Assembly (NCBI GenBank): GCA_944326085.1
Contig: CALVCL010000002.1
Span: 139,867-203,866, forward strand
DNA length: 64,000 nt
From: an uncultured Tidjanibacter sp.
GTDB taxonomy: Bacteria; Bacteroidota; Bacteroidia; Bacteroidales; Rikenellaceae
Direction: 5' to 3'
Of the stretch, positions 20,121 to 29,141 are shown one piece after another. Position 1 is the stretch's first letter. The number at the start of each line of letters is the position of its first letter. Both the position numbers and the translations under genes were made by a program. The notes under the pieces were generated by a model. That model was not told the origin of the DNA and made no database searches. It was given only the letters and a program-made list of their open reading frames with translations.

Positions 20121-21290
20121 ATGACCATGTTCTTGGAAGGCGGGTTCGGTTCCTTCATAGGACAGAACCTGCAGGAATTCTGGAGCATCACGGGTTTCGC
20201 CAATGCAACTTGGGGACATATCGTGATGATAATCGTAGGGCTTTTCTTCCTATACCTCGGCATAAAGCATAAAATGGAGCCGATGCTGCTCGTACCGATA
20301 GGGTTCGGCATACTCATAGGCAACATTCCGTTCCACGACGGCATGCAGATAGGTATCTATGAAGAAGGCTCGGTACTGAACTATCTCTATTTCGGTGTCA
20401 AGAACGGCATATACCCTCCGTTGATTTTCCTCGGCATAGGTGCCATGACCGACTTCTCTGCACTCATATCAAATCCGAAACTGATGACCATAGGCGCTGC
20501 TGCCCAACTCGGCATATTCGGAGCCTACATCATCTCGCTCGCAACCGGATTTACTGCCGCCGAAGCAGGAGCAATCGGCATCATCGGCGGTGCCGACGGC
20601 CCGACGGCAATATTCCTTTCGAGCCGACTGGCTCCCGATATGATGGGTGCAATAGCCATAGCGGCATATTCATACATGGCTCTTGTACCGGTGCTTCAGC
20701 CGTGGATTATGAAACTTTGTACAACGCCGAAAGAACGCCTCATCAGGATGAAGCCTCCGCGTCCCATATCAAAGTCCGAAAAACTGATGTTCCCGATAAT
20801 AGGGCTTCTGCTCACCTGTTTCCTCGTACCGTCCGGACTGCCGCTGCTCGGCATGCTCTTTCTCGGCAATCTGCTCAAGGAAAGCGGTGTAACAAAACGT
20901 TTGGCCAATACCGCAGGTGGTCCGCTTATCGACATCGTGACCATACTTATCGGCCTGACCGTAGGTGCATCCACGCAGGCAACAACATTTCTAACGGAAA
21001 AGTCTCTTCTCGTATTCGCCATTGGTGCGCTATCGTTCATCATCGCCACTTTCGGCGGTGTATTGTTCGTCAAATTTCTCAACCTATTCCTCAAGGAGGG
21101 CAATAAAATAAACCCTCTCATCGGCAATGCAGGCGTTTCGGCAGTGCCTGATGCCGCCCGCGTATCACAGGAAATAGGTCTCAAATATGACAAGAACAAT
21201 CACCTGCTCATGCATGCCATGGGTCCGAATGTGGCAGGCGTGATAGGCAGTGCCGTTGCTGCAGGCATACTGCTCGGTTTCCTCGGATAA
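20121..21290 (+). CDS. mmdB: Na+-translocating decarboxylase beta subunit
   Basis: IGIIGGADGPTAIF, AYSYMALVP, HAMGPNVAGVIGS. Confidence 0.95.
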   Translation: MTMFLEGGFGSFIGQNLQEFWSITGFANATWGHIVMIIVGLFFLYLGIKHKMEPMLLVPIGFGILIGNIPFHDGMQIGIYEEGSVLNYLYFGVKNGIYPPLIFLGIGAMTDFSALISNPKLMTIGAAAQLGIFGAYIISLATGFTAAEAGAIGIIGGADGPTAIFLSSRLAPDMMGAIAIAAYSYMALVPVLQPWIMKLCTTPKERLIRMKPPRPISKSEKLMFPIIGLLLTCFLVPSGLPLLGMLFLGNLLKESGVTKRLANTAGGPLIDIVTILIGLTVGASTQATTFLTEKSLLVFAIGALSFIIATFGGVLFVKFLNLFLKEGNKINPLIGNAGVSAVPDAARVSQEIGLKYDKNNHLLMHAMGPNVAGVIGSAVAAGILLGFLG

Positions 21291-21311
21291 TATCACCGAC
21301 AATACTCTACG

Positions 21312-21343
21312 AAAGCCGGCACCTATTCCAGTGTCGGCTTTTT
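21312..21343 (+). terminator. Terminator of the mmd operon
   Basis: aaagccggcac/gtgtcggcttt stem followed by a T-run. Confidence 0.75.
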
Positions 21344-21553
21344 ACATAATAACCATATATATTCCAAATGCATACATATTAATGCAAATACACGACATAA
21401 TGTCACCATCCGAACCCATCATCACTCTCATAAAACCCCACACGCAATGCAATATAAAGGCAATGCTGAAGCATTGTCACAAATAATGGTGATTTTTAAC
21501 CGTTATGTAAATAATAATACTTATTTTTACACCGACAAACGGGTAGTGTACCT

Positions 21554-21799
21554 ATGGGGAAACGGCGCATAAGTATCTGTTTAGGCAGTTCCTGCTTCGC
21601 CCGCGGGAACAATGTCAATATGACAGTCATCAAGAAGTTTCTCGAGGACCACGGTTTGGATGCAGATGTAACGTTCACTGGTCAACTTTGCGAAAACATG
21701 TGCAGCAAAGGCCCGATAGTGTGCATTGACGACCATATATACGAAGAGGTCAACCTTTCACTGCTTTACAAGATACTTGAGGAGGAGTTCAAATGCTAA
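21554..21799 (+). CDS. Thioredoxin-like [2Fe-2S] ferredoxin (HfsA/NuoE-like)
   Basis: C-x4-C (CLGSSC) ... C-x3-C (CENMC); overlaps the start of the next gene. Confidence 0.85.
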   Translation: MGKRRISICLGSSCFARGNNVNMTVIKKFLEDHGLDADVTFTGQLCENMCSKGPIVCIDDHIYEEVNLSLLYKILEEEFKC

Positions 21800-23523
21800 G
21801 GCCCGTATATACAGAACCCGAAAACTGCCAGGACTGCTACAAGTGCATAAGGGAGTGTCCCGTCAAGGCTATTAAGGTGGAGGACAACAAGGCTTCCATA
21901 ATAGCCGAGAGATGCGTATACTGCGGCCATTGCACGCAGGTGTGCCCTACTGGTGCCAAAAAAGTACGCGATGGTCTAACCCGCGCAAAACTCGTGTTGG
22001 CAAAATATCCCGGCAAAGTATATCTCTCGCTTGCTCCGTCATATATAAGTGAATTCACCGACTGTGAAACATCTCGCCTCATCGATGCCATAAAAGGGCT
22101 CGGATTTGCAGGTGTATCAGAAACGGCACTCGGCGCAGAACTTGTTACGGCGGCGACCGAACGTTTTCTCGAAACAGTTCCCAAGGGTGTTTACATATCC
22201 TCGGCCTGCCCTGTGGTGGTCGACTACATCCGCAAGTACGCGCCGCAACTCACCGACCACATAACACCGATAGTCTCTCCCATGGTGGCTCATGCCAAGA
22301 TGCTGAAGGAGCTGTACGGTGACGACATAAAGATTATCTTCGCAGGCCCCTGCGTAGGCAAGAAATCGGAAGCCGACTCTTTCGGCGACCTCATAGAGGT
22401 TGCCATAACATTCAAGGACCTGCGCCTGTGGCTCGAACGCGAAGGCATGGAGACTTCCGGCAGCGGCAGCAGCGGTTTCATACCATACCGTTCCGGCATG
22501 GGTTCGGTATATCCGCTTGAGGGCGGCATGCTGGCAGGCTTCAAGAGCCACGGCAGCAAAGCCTCCAGAATGGCTTTTTCCGACCTCACGTCCATTAAGG
22601 GACTTTTGTCAGGTCTCGACACGCAGCAGTACGACGACACGATATTCCTTGAACTGTTGGCCTGCAAGGGCGGATGCATCAACGGTCCCGCCGGTCTGAA
22701 CAACACGTCGCTGGCAATGAAGCACTACACCGTATCGGTGAACTGCGACGACAGCGAACCGGACGACAAGCCGGATTTCAGCGACATTGACCTGTCAATC
22801 AACTTCGTGCCCGACCCGCAGAACAGCAGGACGGAATATCCGGAGTACAAGATAAAGGAAGCTCTCGCAGCGGTGGGCAAGACTTCGGCTGCAGACGAAC
22901 TGAACTGCAGTTCGTGCGGTTACGACACCTGCCGCGACTTTGCGGTGGCACTGCTCGAAGGACGCGCCGAGGACAACATGTGCGCCTCGTACATGCGCCG
23001 TGTCGCACACGACAAGGCCACCGTACTGCTTCAAAAGATACCGGCCGGCGTAGTGCTCGTCAATGACGAGCTCAAGATTGTTGACATGAACCGTGCATTT
23101 GCGGCCAGCATGGGCGAAGACACTCTCGGTGTTTACGACGTCTTCCCGGGAATGGCCGGAGCACCGCTCAAGGCGGTCTGCCCGTTCGAGGGACTGTTCC
23201 GCACGGTGCTTGCCACGGGTGAAGAGATAAAAGAAAGACGCATAAAGGAGAACGGCCGCAGCTGGCTGCTCTCCATATACAACATACAACCGCAGAAACA
23301 GGTTTTCGGGCTGCTTCAGGACCTGCGCGAGATGAACGTGCAGAAGGATTGGATGCTCGAAAAGACACGCGAGGTTATACGCAATCACATGACCACGGTA
23401 CAGAAAGTGGCCGGTCTTCTCGGCGAGAACGCCGCCTACACCGATGCCACGCTGCGCTCAATCATGGAGGCTTACGGCAAGGAGGAGGAAGCCGAAACCG
23501 AGGACGAGTACACAATGAAATAA
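21793..23523 (+). CDS. Group C sensory [FeFe]-hydrogenase with C-terminal FeS and PAS domains (HydS/HfsB-like)
   Basis: 2x[4Fe-4S] N-terminus; H-cluster motifs SSACP, GPCVGKKSE, ELLACKGGC; CSSCGYDTC...C FeS motif; PAS-like LLQKIPAGVVLVN. Confidence 0.88.
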   Translation: MLRPVYTEPENCQDCYKCIRECPVKAIKVEDNKASIIAERCVYCGHCTQVCPTGAKKVRDGLTRAKLVLAKYPGKVYLSLAPSYISEFTDCETSRLIDAIKGLGFAGVSETALGAELVTAATERFLETVPKGVYISSACPVVVDYIRKYAPQLTDHITPIVSPMVAHAKMLKELYGDDIKIIFAGPCVGKKSEADSFGDLIEVAITFKDLRLWLEREGMETSGSGSSGFIPYRSGMGSVYPLEGGMLAGFKSHGSKASRMAFSDLTSIKGLLSGLDTQQYDDTIFLELLACKGGCINGPAGLNNTSLAMKHYTVSVNCDDSEPDDKPDFSDIDLSINFVPDPQNSRTEYPEYKIKEALAAVGKTSAADELNCSSCGYDTCRDFAVALLEGRAEDNMCASYMRRVAHDKATVLLQKIPAGVVLVNDELKIVDMNRAFAASMGEDTLGVYDVFPGMAGAPLKAVCPFEGLFRTVLATGEEIKERRIKENGRSWLLSIYNIQPQKQVFGLLQDLREMNVQKDWMLEKTREVIRNHMTTVQKVAGLLGENAAYTDATLRSIMEAYGKEEEAETEDEYTMK

Positions 23524-23535
23524 CGTCATCAGGCA

Positions 23536-24732
23536 GTGAGGGTAAACGGAGCTTTCATAGAGGTGGACTGCTTCCAGAAGAACAAGGGAGACAATATGGT
23601 CTGCGGCGATACCTTTGTATCGCACAAGTTCAAGGAAGAGGGGCGTGTGATAAGCGTCATGTCCGACGGGCTTGGCAGCGGTATCAAGGCGAGCGTACTT
23701 TCGACCATGACATCGACCATGCTCCTCAACTTCGCTATGATGAACGAGGACATCGTAGCTGCCGCGTCGACGATACTCAAGACCCTGCCGCGCGACGAAG
23801 TGAGGAAGATAAGCTACTCAACCTTCTGCATGTGCGACATAGACTGCTTCGGCAATACCCGCATCGCCGAATACGAAACACCGGCCTACTACCTGTTCCG
23901 CGAAGGCAAATTTGTTGATGTACCGAAAAAACGGATACCTGTCGAACGCGATGACATGCCCAATACGGCATTGTGGCTCTCGGAATTTCCTATGGAAAAG
24001 GAAGACAGGCTTATCTTTTTCAGCGACGGGGTAAGCCAATCAGGCATGGGACGCCGCAACATGCCGTTCGGTTGGGAAAACGGCGCACGTGAATTCATAA
24101 GGGAATGCGTTACACGCAATCCTTCGGTATCGGCAACGGAATTGGCACGTAGGATTGTTACCGAAGCTGAAAAAAACGATGGCTACTGTCTAAAGGATGA
24201 CACGAGCTGCTGCGTGATATACATGCGTAAACCGCGTAATCTGCTGGTATGCACCGGTCCTCCTTTTGATGAGAAAAACGATGCAAACCTCACGAAACTC
24301 GTTATGGAGTTTCCAGGACGCAAGATAATATGCGGAGGTACGACAGCCAACATAGTATCACGCGAAACCGGCAGGAAGATAACCCTCGACATCGATGATA
24401 TGGACATATCAGGCAATGACCTGCCGCCATCGTCACGCATGGAAGGGATTGACCTAATAACGGAAGGAATACTGACATTGAGCAAGGTGGAGCGTATTCT
24501 TTCAGAAGAAGATACCGACAACCACAACCGTCCGGACGGCCCTGCCGAGAAAATAATACGCATGCTGTACGACAGTGACAAGATAACATTTCTTGTCGGC
24601 ACACGCATAAACATAGCGCATCAGGACCCCACCCTGCCGGTGGAACTTGAGATAAGGCGCAACGTTGTGAAAAAGATAAAATATCTGTTGGAGACCAAAT
24701 GGCTCAAAGATGTTGATATTACATATATTTGA
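23536..24732 (+). CDS. SpoIIE/PP2C-type Ser/Thr phosphatase (HfsC-like)
   Basis: VCGD, VMSDGLGSG, FFSDGV and KDDTS metal-binding motifs; GTG start. Confidence 0.88.
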   Translation: MRVNGAFIEVDCFQKNKGDNMVCGDTFVSHKFKEEGRVISVMSDGLGSGIKASVLSTMTSTMLLNFAMMNEDIVAAASTILKTLPRDEVRKISYSTFCMCDIDCFGNTRIAEYETPAYYLFREGKFVDVPKKRIPVERDDMPNTALWLSEFPMEKEDRLIFFSDGVSQSGMGRRNMPFGWENGAREFIRECVTRNPSVSATELARRIVTEAEKNDGYCLKDDTSCCVIYMRKPRNLLVCTGPPFDEKNDANLTKLVMEFPGRKIICGGTTANIVSRETGRKITLDIDDMDISGNDLPPSSRMEGIDLITEGILTLSKVERILSEEDTDNHNRPDGPAEKIIRMLYDSDKITFLVGTRINIAHQDPTLPVELEIRRNVVKKIKYLLETKWLKDVDITYI

Positions 24733-24786
24733 TCTAAAGGGAAAACGACAGAGAGAAACGACTTTAAAAAAGAAACGGCTGAAAAC

Positions 24787-25041
24787 ATGGGTAAAATTGA
24801 ATTAAAAATCTGCATGGGCACAATGTGCTACGTCATGGGTGGCGCCGAACTCCGAGCTGCAGTCGACTCCCTGCCGCGCGAAGAGCGTGAAAGGATAAAC
24901 GTCAGCTACGCCCCCTGTCTGGGAAACTGCAATGACGGTGGGGAACCGCCTTATGTACAAGTCAACGGACGCACAATAGCCCGCGTAAGTTCGTCAAACC
25001 TCATACAAATCTTAAAGGAAGAACTGCACAATGCTTTATGA
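24787..25041 (+). CDS. Second thioredoxin-like [2Fe-2S] ferredoxin
   Basis: CMGTMC ... CLGNC; overlaps the hydrogenase start. Confidence 0.8.
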   Translation: MGKIELKICMGTMCYVMGGAELRAAVDSLPREERERINVSYAPCLGNCNDGGEPPYVQVNGRTIARVSSSNLIQILKEELHNAL

Positions 25042-26455
25042 CAATTATGCGATGCTCACAAAACGTGAGCTTCTGATCCGCCTTGTAAAACTGCTCAAGG
25101 AAAACAATCTCGTAGAAGGGGTAAGGTACGTACCCGCCGAAATGCGCCCGCTCGGTCAAAAGAACGTGAGCTGCTGCGTACACAAGGACAGGTACATTCT
25201 CCGTCACAAAATCATATCCATCCTCGGTTTCGACCTTCCGAGCGATGTTGACGTGGACTTGGTTCCCCTGTCCTACTACGCACAGAAATCGCTCGAAAAC
25301 AAGAACACCAAGGAGAACATCCTTTCGGTGGTGCATGAGGCCTGCAACGCCTGCATGCAGTCGCAGTATTTCATCACCAACATGTGTCGCGGCTGCGAAG
25401 CGCGTCCGTGTATGATGAACTGCCCCAAGGGTGCCATTTCATTCAAGGGAGGCAAAGCCCAGATTTCGCAGGAGGACTGCGTAGCCTGCGGCCTCTGCCA
25501 GCAGGTATGTCCCTACCATGCAATCATATACACCCCCGTACCCTGCGAAGAGGCATGCCCCGTAAAGGCAATCTCCAAGCAGCCCGACGGAAGGGAGTTC
25601 ATCGACAAGGACAAATGTATCTATTGCGGCAAGTGTATGCAGGCATGTCCCTACGGCGCAATCATGGAACGTTCCAAGATTATAGACGTACACAAGTGCA
25701 TATCCTCGCCTGACAAGAAGATTACGGCAATCGTCGCTCCGGCCATCTACGGTCAGTTCGATGCATCGCCCGCACAGATACTCGCCGCCATCAAGAAGAT
25801 AGGCTTCGATGACGTGATAGAGGTAGCTCTCGGTGCCGAGGACACCTCGCGCAACGAGTCCGCCGAACTCGAGGAACGCATGGCGGAAGGCCAGCCCTTC
25901 ATGACCACTTCCTGCTGCCCCGCATATACCGGCTGGGTAGAGAAACACGCCCCGATGCTCAAACCGTTCGTATCGGAAACCCGCAGCCCGATGGTTTATG
26001 CTGCCCGCAGGGTTAAGGCTGCCGACCCCGACATGGAGGTAGTATTCATCGGCCCGTGCCTCGCAAAACGTCACGAAGGCGACTCCGTACCCGAAGTTAA
26101 CTACGTGATGAGCTTCGAGGAACTCGGTGCATTCATGATAGCCTACGGCATTGAGGTCAAGAAAGATGGCGAAGGTGCCGAACTGAACCCCGAAGTAACC
26201 AAATACGGCCGCGGCTATGCAATGGCAGGCGGCGTACGCAACGCTATTGTTGCTGCTGTCGGCGACAAGTACACCACCATCAACATCGAAGGTCTCGACA
26301 AGAAGAACGCTGCCATGCTCAAGGCTATGGCCAAGAAGCCGGTGGCACAGTTCGTCGAGGTAATGGCCTGCGAAGGCGGCTGTGTAAACGGTCCGTGCTC
26401 GCTCGCGCCGCTGACACTCGCAAAACGTCAGATGAAGAAGGCACTCACGGAATAA
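25031..26455 (+). CDS. Monomeric group B [FeFe]-hydrogenase (probably H2-evolving)
   Basis: Multiple [4Fe-4S] motifs; P1 TSCCP, P2 GPCLAKRHE, P3 EVMACEGGC. Confidence 0.88.
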   Translation: MLYDNYAMLTKRELLIRLVKLLKENNLVEGVRYVPAEMRPLGQKNVSCCVHKDRYILRHKIISILGFDLPSDVDVDLVPLSYYAQKSLENKNTKENILSVVHEACNACMQSQYFITNMCRGCEARPCMMNCPKGAISFKGGKAQISQEDCVACGLCQQVCPYHAIIYTPVPCEEACPVKAISKQPDGREFIDKDKCIYCGKCMQACPYGAIMERSKIIDVHKCISSPDKKITAIVAPAIYGQFDASPAQILAAIKKIGFDDVIEVALGAEDTSRNESAELEERMAEGQPFMTTSCCPAYTGWVEKHAPMLKPFVSETRSPMVYAARRVKAADPDMEVVFIGPCLAKRHEGDSVPEVNYVMSFEELGAFMIAYGIEVKKDGEGAELNPEVTKYGRGYAMAGGVRNAIVAAVGDKYTTINIEGLDKKNAAMLKAMAKKPVAQFVEVMACEGGCVNGPCSLAPLTLAKRQMKKALTE

Positions 26456-26478
26456 TACTCCGCGATATGACAATACGT

Positions 26479-26511
26479 AAAAAATGGAACCTGAATAGGT
26501 TCCATTTTTTT
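26479..26511. terminator. Bidirectional terminator after the hydrogenase cluster
   Basis: aaaaaatggaacct-gaat-aggttccatttttt, with A and T tracts on both sides. Confidence 0.85.
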
Positions 26512-26531
26512 ATATATCCGGCTACGGCAAA

Positions 26532-27509
26532 CTAAATTTCCGCACGCATTCGTTCGAAATGTGCGCGTTCGCAACTAAAATCAATATAGGGCAAGTCATT
26601 TTGCAATTCGGCGACAAGTTCCAATGAGCGGTCGCAAAATACCGCCACACCGCTGCCGCCGCGCATTACCCTGTGTTCCATTGCCGCATTCAGACGTCCC
26701 AGCTTTGGCAGCAGCGCCCTCACGGAACCGTCCATCGCAAAATCGCCGAACTTCTCCCAGATGTAGTCCACGGCCTGCTGCGAGGGATGTACCATATCCT
26801 CCGCATAGAAGCGGTAGTCGCGCAAATCGTCGTTAACTATCTCGAACGACGGAAAATACCATACATTCGGGAACTCCTCTGCCAAGCGTGCGACAGCCAC
26901 GCGCAGGACAGCCTTGCTGAGCGAGTTATCCTCGAAGCCGTCACGCACATGACGCACGGGACTTACAGTAAACAACACCTGCCTGCCTGCCAGCACACCT
27001 TGCAGCAACTTACGGTATGCGTCCACTATTTCATCAACGCCGGCCATTTCGCGCCGGAACTCCGATGACGGTTGCTTGTGACAGTTCGCCACCACGCGGC
27101 CGTCTTCCGCAAGGCGATACACCCATGCCGTACCGAATGTCAATATCACGTAATCGGCAGCCGACAATGCCTCATGGCCGCGTTCCAGTTCATGATTAAT
27201 GAACCCAATAGCTTCATCTGCCGACTGGCGCGAAAAAGCGCCGTGATGGTCGTAACTGAACCACAAACCGTCCGCATGACACAAATCCCCTGCACAGTAC
27301 AACCGTTCCGAAGAGACACGTTCCAGCATCGCAGCAATAGATAACGGATTGAAAAGTATTCCGGTAGGATTTGCCACCACCTGAAAACGGTATGCGGCAA
27401 GTCTGTCGTAAATATGTTCCGAGAAACACGACCCGGCCATAAACCCGCGCCGCGAATGCGACACCGTAAAACCGGAGCGTTCCACGGTAAGTTCTGTTCT
27501 GAATTTCAT
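26532..27509 (-). CDS. GSCFA-domain protein (SGNH-hydrolase-like, uncharacterised)
   Basis: AGSCFSEH, NPTGILFNP, TFGTAWVY, TVSPVRH, YFPSFEI, DMVHPS. Confidence 0.85.
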   Translation of the reverse strand: MKFRTELTVERSGFTVSHSRRGFMAGSCFSEHIYDRLAAYRFQVVANPTGILFNPLSIAAMLERVSSERLYCAGDLCHADGLWFSYDHHGAFSRQSADEAIGFINHELERGHEALSAADYVILTFGTAWVYRLAEDGRVVANCHKQPSSEFRREMAGVDEIVDAYRKLLQGVLAGRQVLFTVSPVRHVRDGFEDNSLSKAVLRVAVARLAEEFPNVWYFPSFEIVNDDLRDYRFYAEDMVHPSQQAVDYIWEKFGDFAMDGSVRALLPKLGRLNAAMEHRVMRGGSGVAVFCDRSLELVAELQNDLPYIDFSCERAHFERMRAEI

Positions 27510-27578
27510 AATAGGCTATATTCGAGCAGGCCGCCATGCGACCGACTTGCAAAATTATCTATTTTGGACGTTTATCGT

Positions 27579-27586
27579 TACCTTTG
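27579..27586 (+). promoter_or_regulatory. -7 element upstream of ispE
   Basis: TACCTTTG 25 nt before the ATG at 27612. Confidence 0.55.
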
Positions 27587-27611
27587 CACAAAGCACCAAA
27601 CGACACCAGAG

Positions 27612-28424
27612 ATGATACTGTTTCCGAACTGCAAAATCAACCTTGGCCTCGACGTCACCGCCAAGCGTCCCGACGGTTACCATGACATAGCCACCGTCAT
27701 GTACCCGCTGCACGGACTGTGCGACAGTCTCGAAATAATCCCCTCGGCTGACCCGACAGCCTCTCTGACAATGTCGGGCATCGACGTGGCATGCGCACCT
27801 GCCGACAACATCGTCACCAAGGCATGGCGCATCATGCACGAAGAGTTCGGAACAGGCGGCGCGGCGATACACCTCCACAAAGTCATACCCTCCGGTGCAG
27901 GTCTCGGCGGAGGCTCCGCCGACGGCGCTTTTGCCCTCATGGCCCTCAACGCGCTGTACGGCATCAACCTCGACAGCGAGCGTCTGGAGAGTATGGCACT
28001 CACGCTCGGCAGCGACGTGCCGTTCTTCATACACAACACACCGCAACATTGTTCCGGTCGAGGCGAAATCATGACTTCGTGCAGCGTTGACCTCACGGGC
28101 TATTGGATAGTATTGGTCAAACCGCCCGTTTTCGTATCCACCGCCGAAGCCTATGCAGGTATCAAACCTCATACTCCGACCGTGCCGTTGGCAGAACGCA
28201 TATCACGCCCCATCGAAGAGTGGAAAGACGTTGTAACCAACGCATTCGAAGATACCGTCTTTGCACGTCATCCGCGACTGGCGTCAATAAAGCAGTCTCT
28301 TTACGATGCAGGCGCCCTGTACGCCTCAATGTCAGGTTCAGGGTCGACAGTCTACGGGCTGTTCGCCTCGCAACCATCCTATACCGCCGCTGAAGGCGAC
28401 TGGATGTGGACTGCGCGTCTGTAA
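27612..28424 (+). CDS. ispE: 4-diphosphocytidyl-2-C-methyl-D-erythritol kinase
   Basis: MILFPNCKINLGL, KVIPSGAGLGGGSAD, LGSDVPFF, MSGSGS; true start at 27612. Confidence 0.95.
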   Translation: MILFPNCKINLGLDVTAKRPDGYHDIATVMYPLHGLCDSLEIIPSADPTASLTMSGIDVACAPADNIVTKAWRIMHEEFGTGGAAIHLHKVIPSGAGLGGGSADGAFALMALNALYGINLDSERLESMALTLGSDVPFFIHNTPQHCSGRGEIMTSCSVDLTGYWIVLVKPPVFVSTAEAYAGIKPHTPTVPLAERISRPIEEWKDVVTNAFEDTVFARHPRLASIKQSLYDAGALYASMSGSGSTVYGLFASQPSYTAAEGDWMWTARL

Positions 28425-28430
28425 GGACAG

Positions 28431-28925
28431 TTACTTGCGCGGAGCCAGCAACACAACGGCATTGGCTTCAACGCCCTCCTCGCGACCCACGAAACCGAGC
28501 CTCTCGGTAGTCGTAGCCTTGACCGATACGCGTGTCACATCAACACCGAGCACGCCGGCCAAACGGCTGCGCATCGTATCTATATACGGACGCAGCTTCG
28601 GACGCTGCATTGCTATCGTCACATCTGCATTTACAACCCGAAAGCCCTCGTAGGCAATACGCGACATGCAATCTTCCAGCAACAGCATGCTGTCTATGCC
28701 GCGAAATTCTTCCGCAGTGTCCGGATAGTGCAATCCTATATCGCCCAGTGCAACTGCGCCAAGCAATGCATCGCACAGCGCATGCACGGCTACGTCACCG
28801 TCCGAATGCGACACGCACCCTTTTTCATGCTCTATATCCACACCGCACAGGCGCAGTTTCAATCCCTGTGCCAAGGCATGTACATCGTATCCGTGCCCTA
28901 TCCTCATATCCATCACATCAGCCAT
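28431..28925 (-). CDS. ispF: 2-C-methyl-D-erythritol 2,4-cyclodiphosphate synthase
   Basis: RIGHGYDVH, HSDGDVAVHALCDALLGA, KATTTERLGFVGREEG. Confidence 0.96.
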   Translation of the reverse strand: MADVMDMRIGHGYDVHALAQGLKLRLCGVDIEHEKGCVSHSDGDVAVHALCDALLGAVALGDIGLHYPDTAEEFRGIDSMLLLEDCMSRIAYEGFRVVNADVTIAMQRPKLRPYIDTMRSRLAGVLGVDVTRVSVKATTTERLGFVGREEGVEANAVVLLAPRK

Positions 28926-29072
28926 AATCCAATATCATTTAAGCATACAGACATGCAAGTTAGTCATAAATTCACACATACCGAAACACATTACCCAGCC
29001 TCAAATTACTTTAATAGTACAATGTTGCAAAACTTTCAGGCAATTATGTAATGTTTCAACGCGTTAAATAGC

Positions 29073-29080
29073 TACATTTG
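29073..29080 (+). promoter_or_regulatory. -7 element upstream of pepD
   Basis: TACATTTG. Confidence 0.5.
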
Positions 29081-29141
29081 TATAAAGCAAAAGTATAACT
29101 GCCGGTTTCGGTGTTACGTTCCGGCACAAAAAACAACAGCC

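Noticed and set aside
25439-26473. 344-aa antisense ORF over the group B hydrogenase (similar long ORFs at 10348-11340, 29438-30373, 35673-36668, 52723-53601, 59035-60144 and 60810-61880)
   Set aside because: Shadow ORFs produced by codon bias of well-supported genes on the opposite strand; no recognisable motifs
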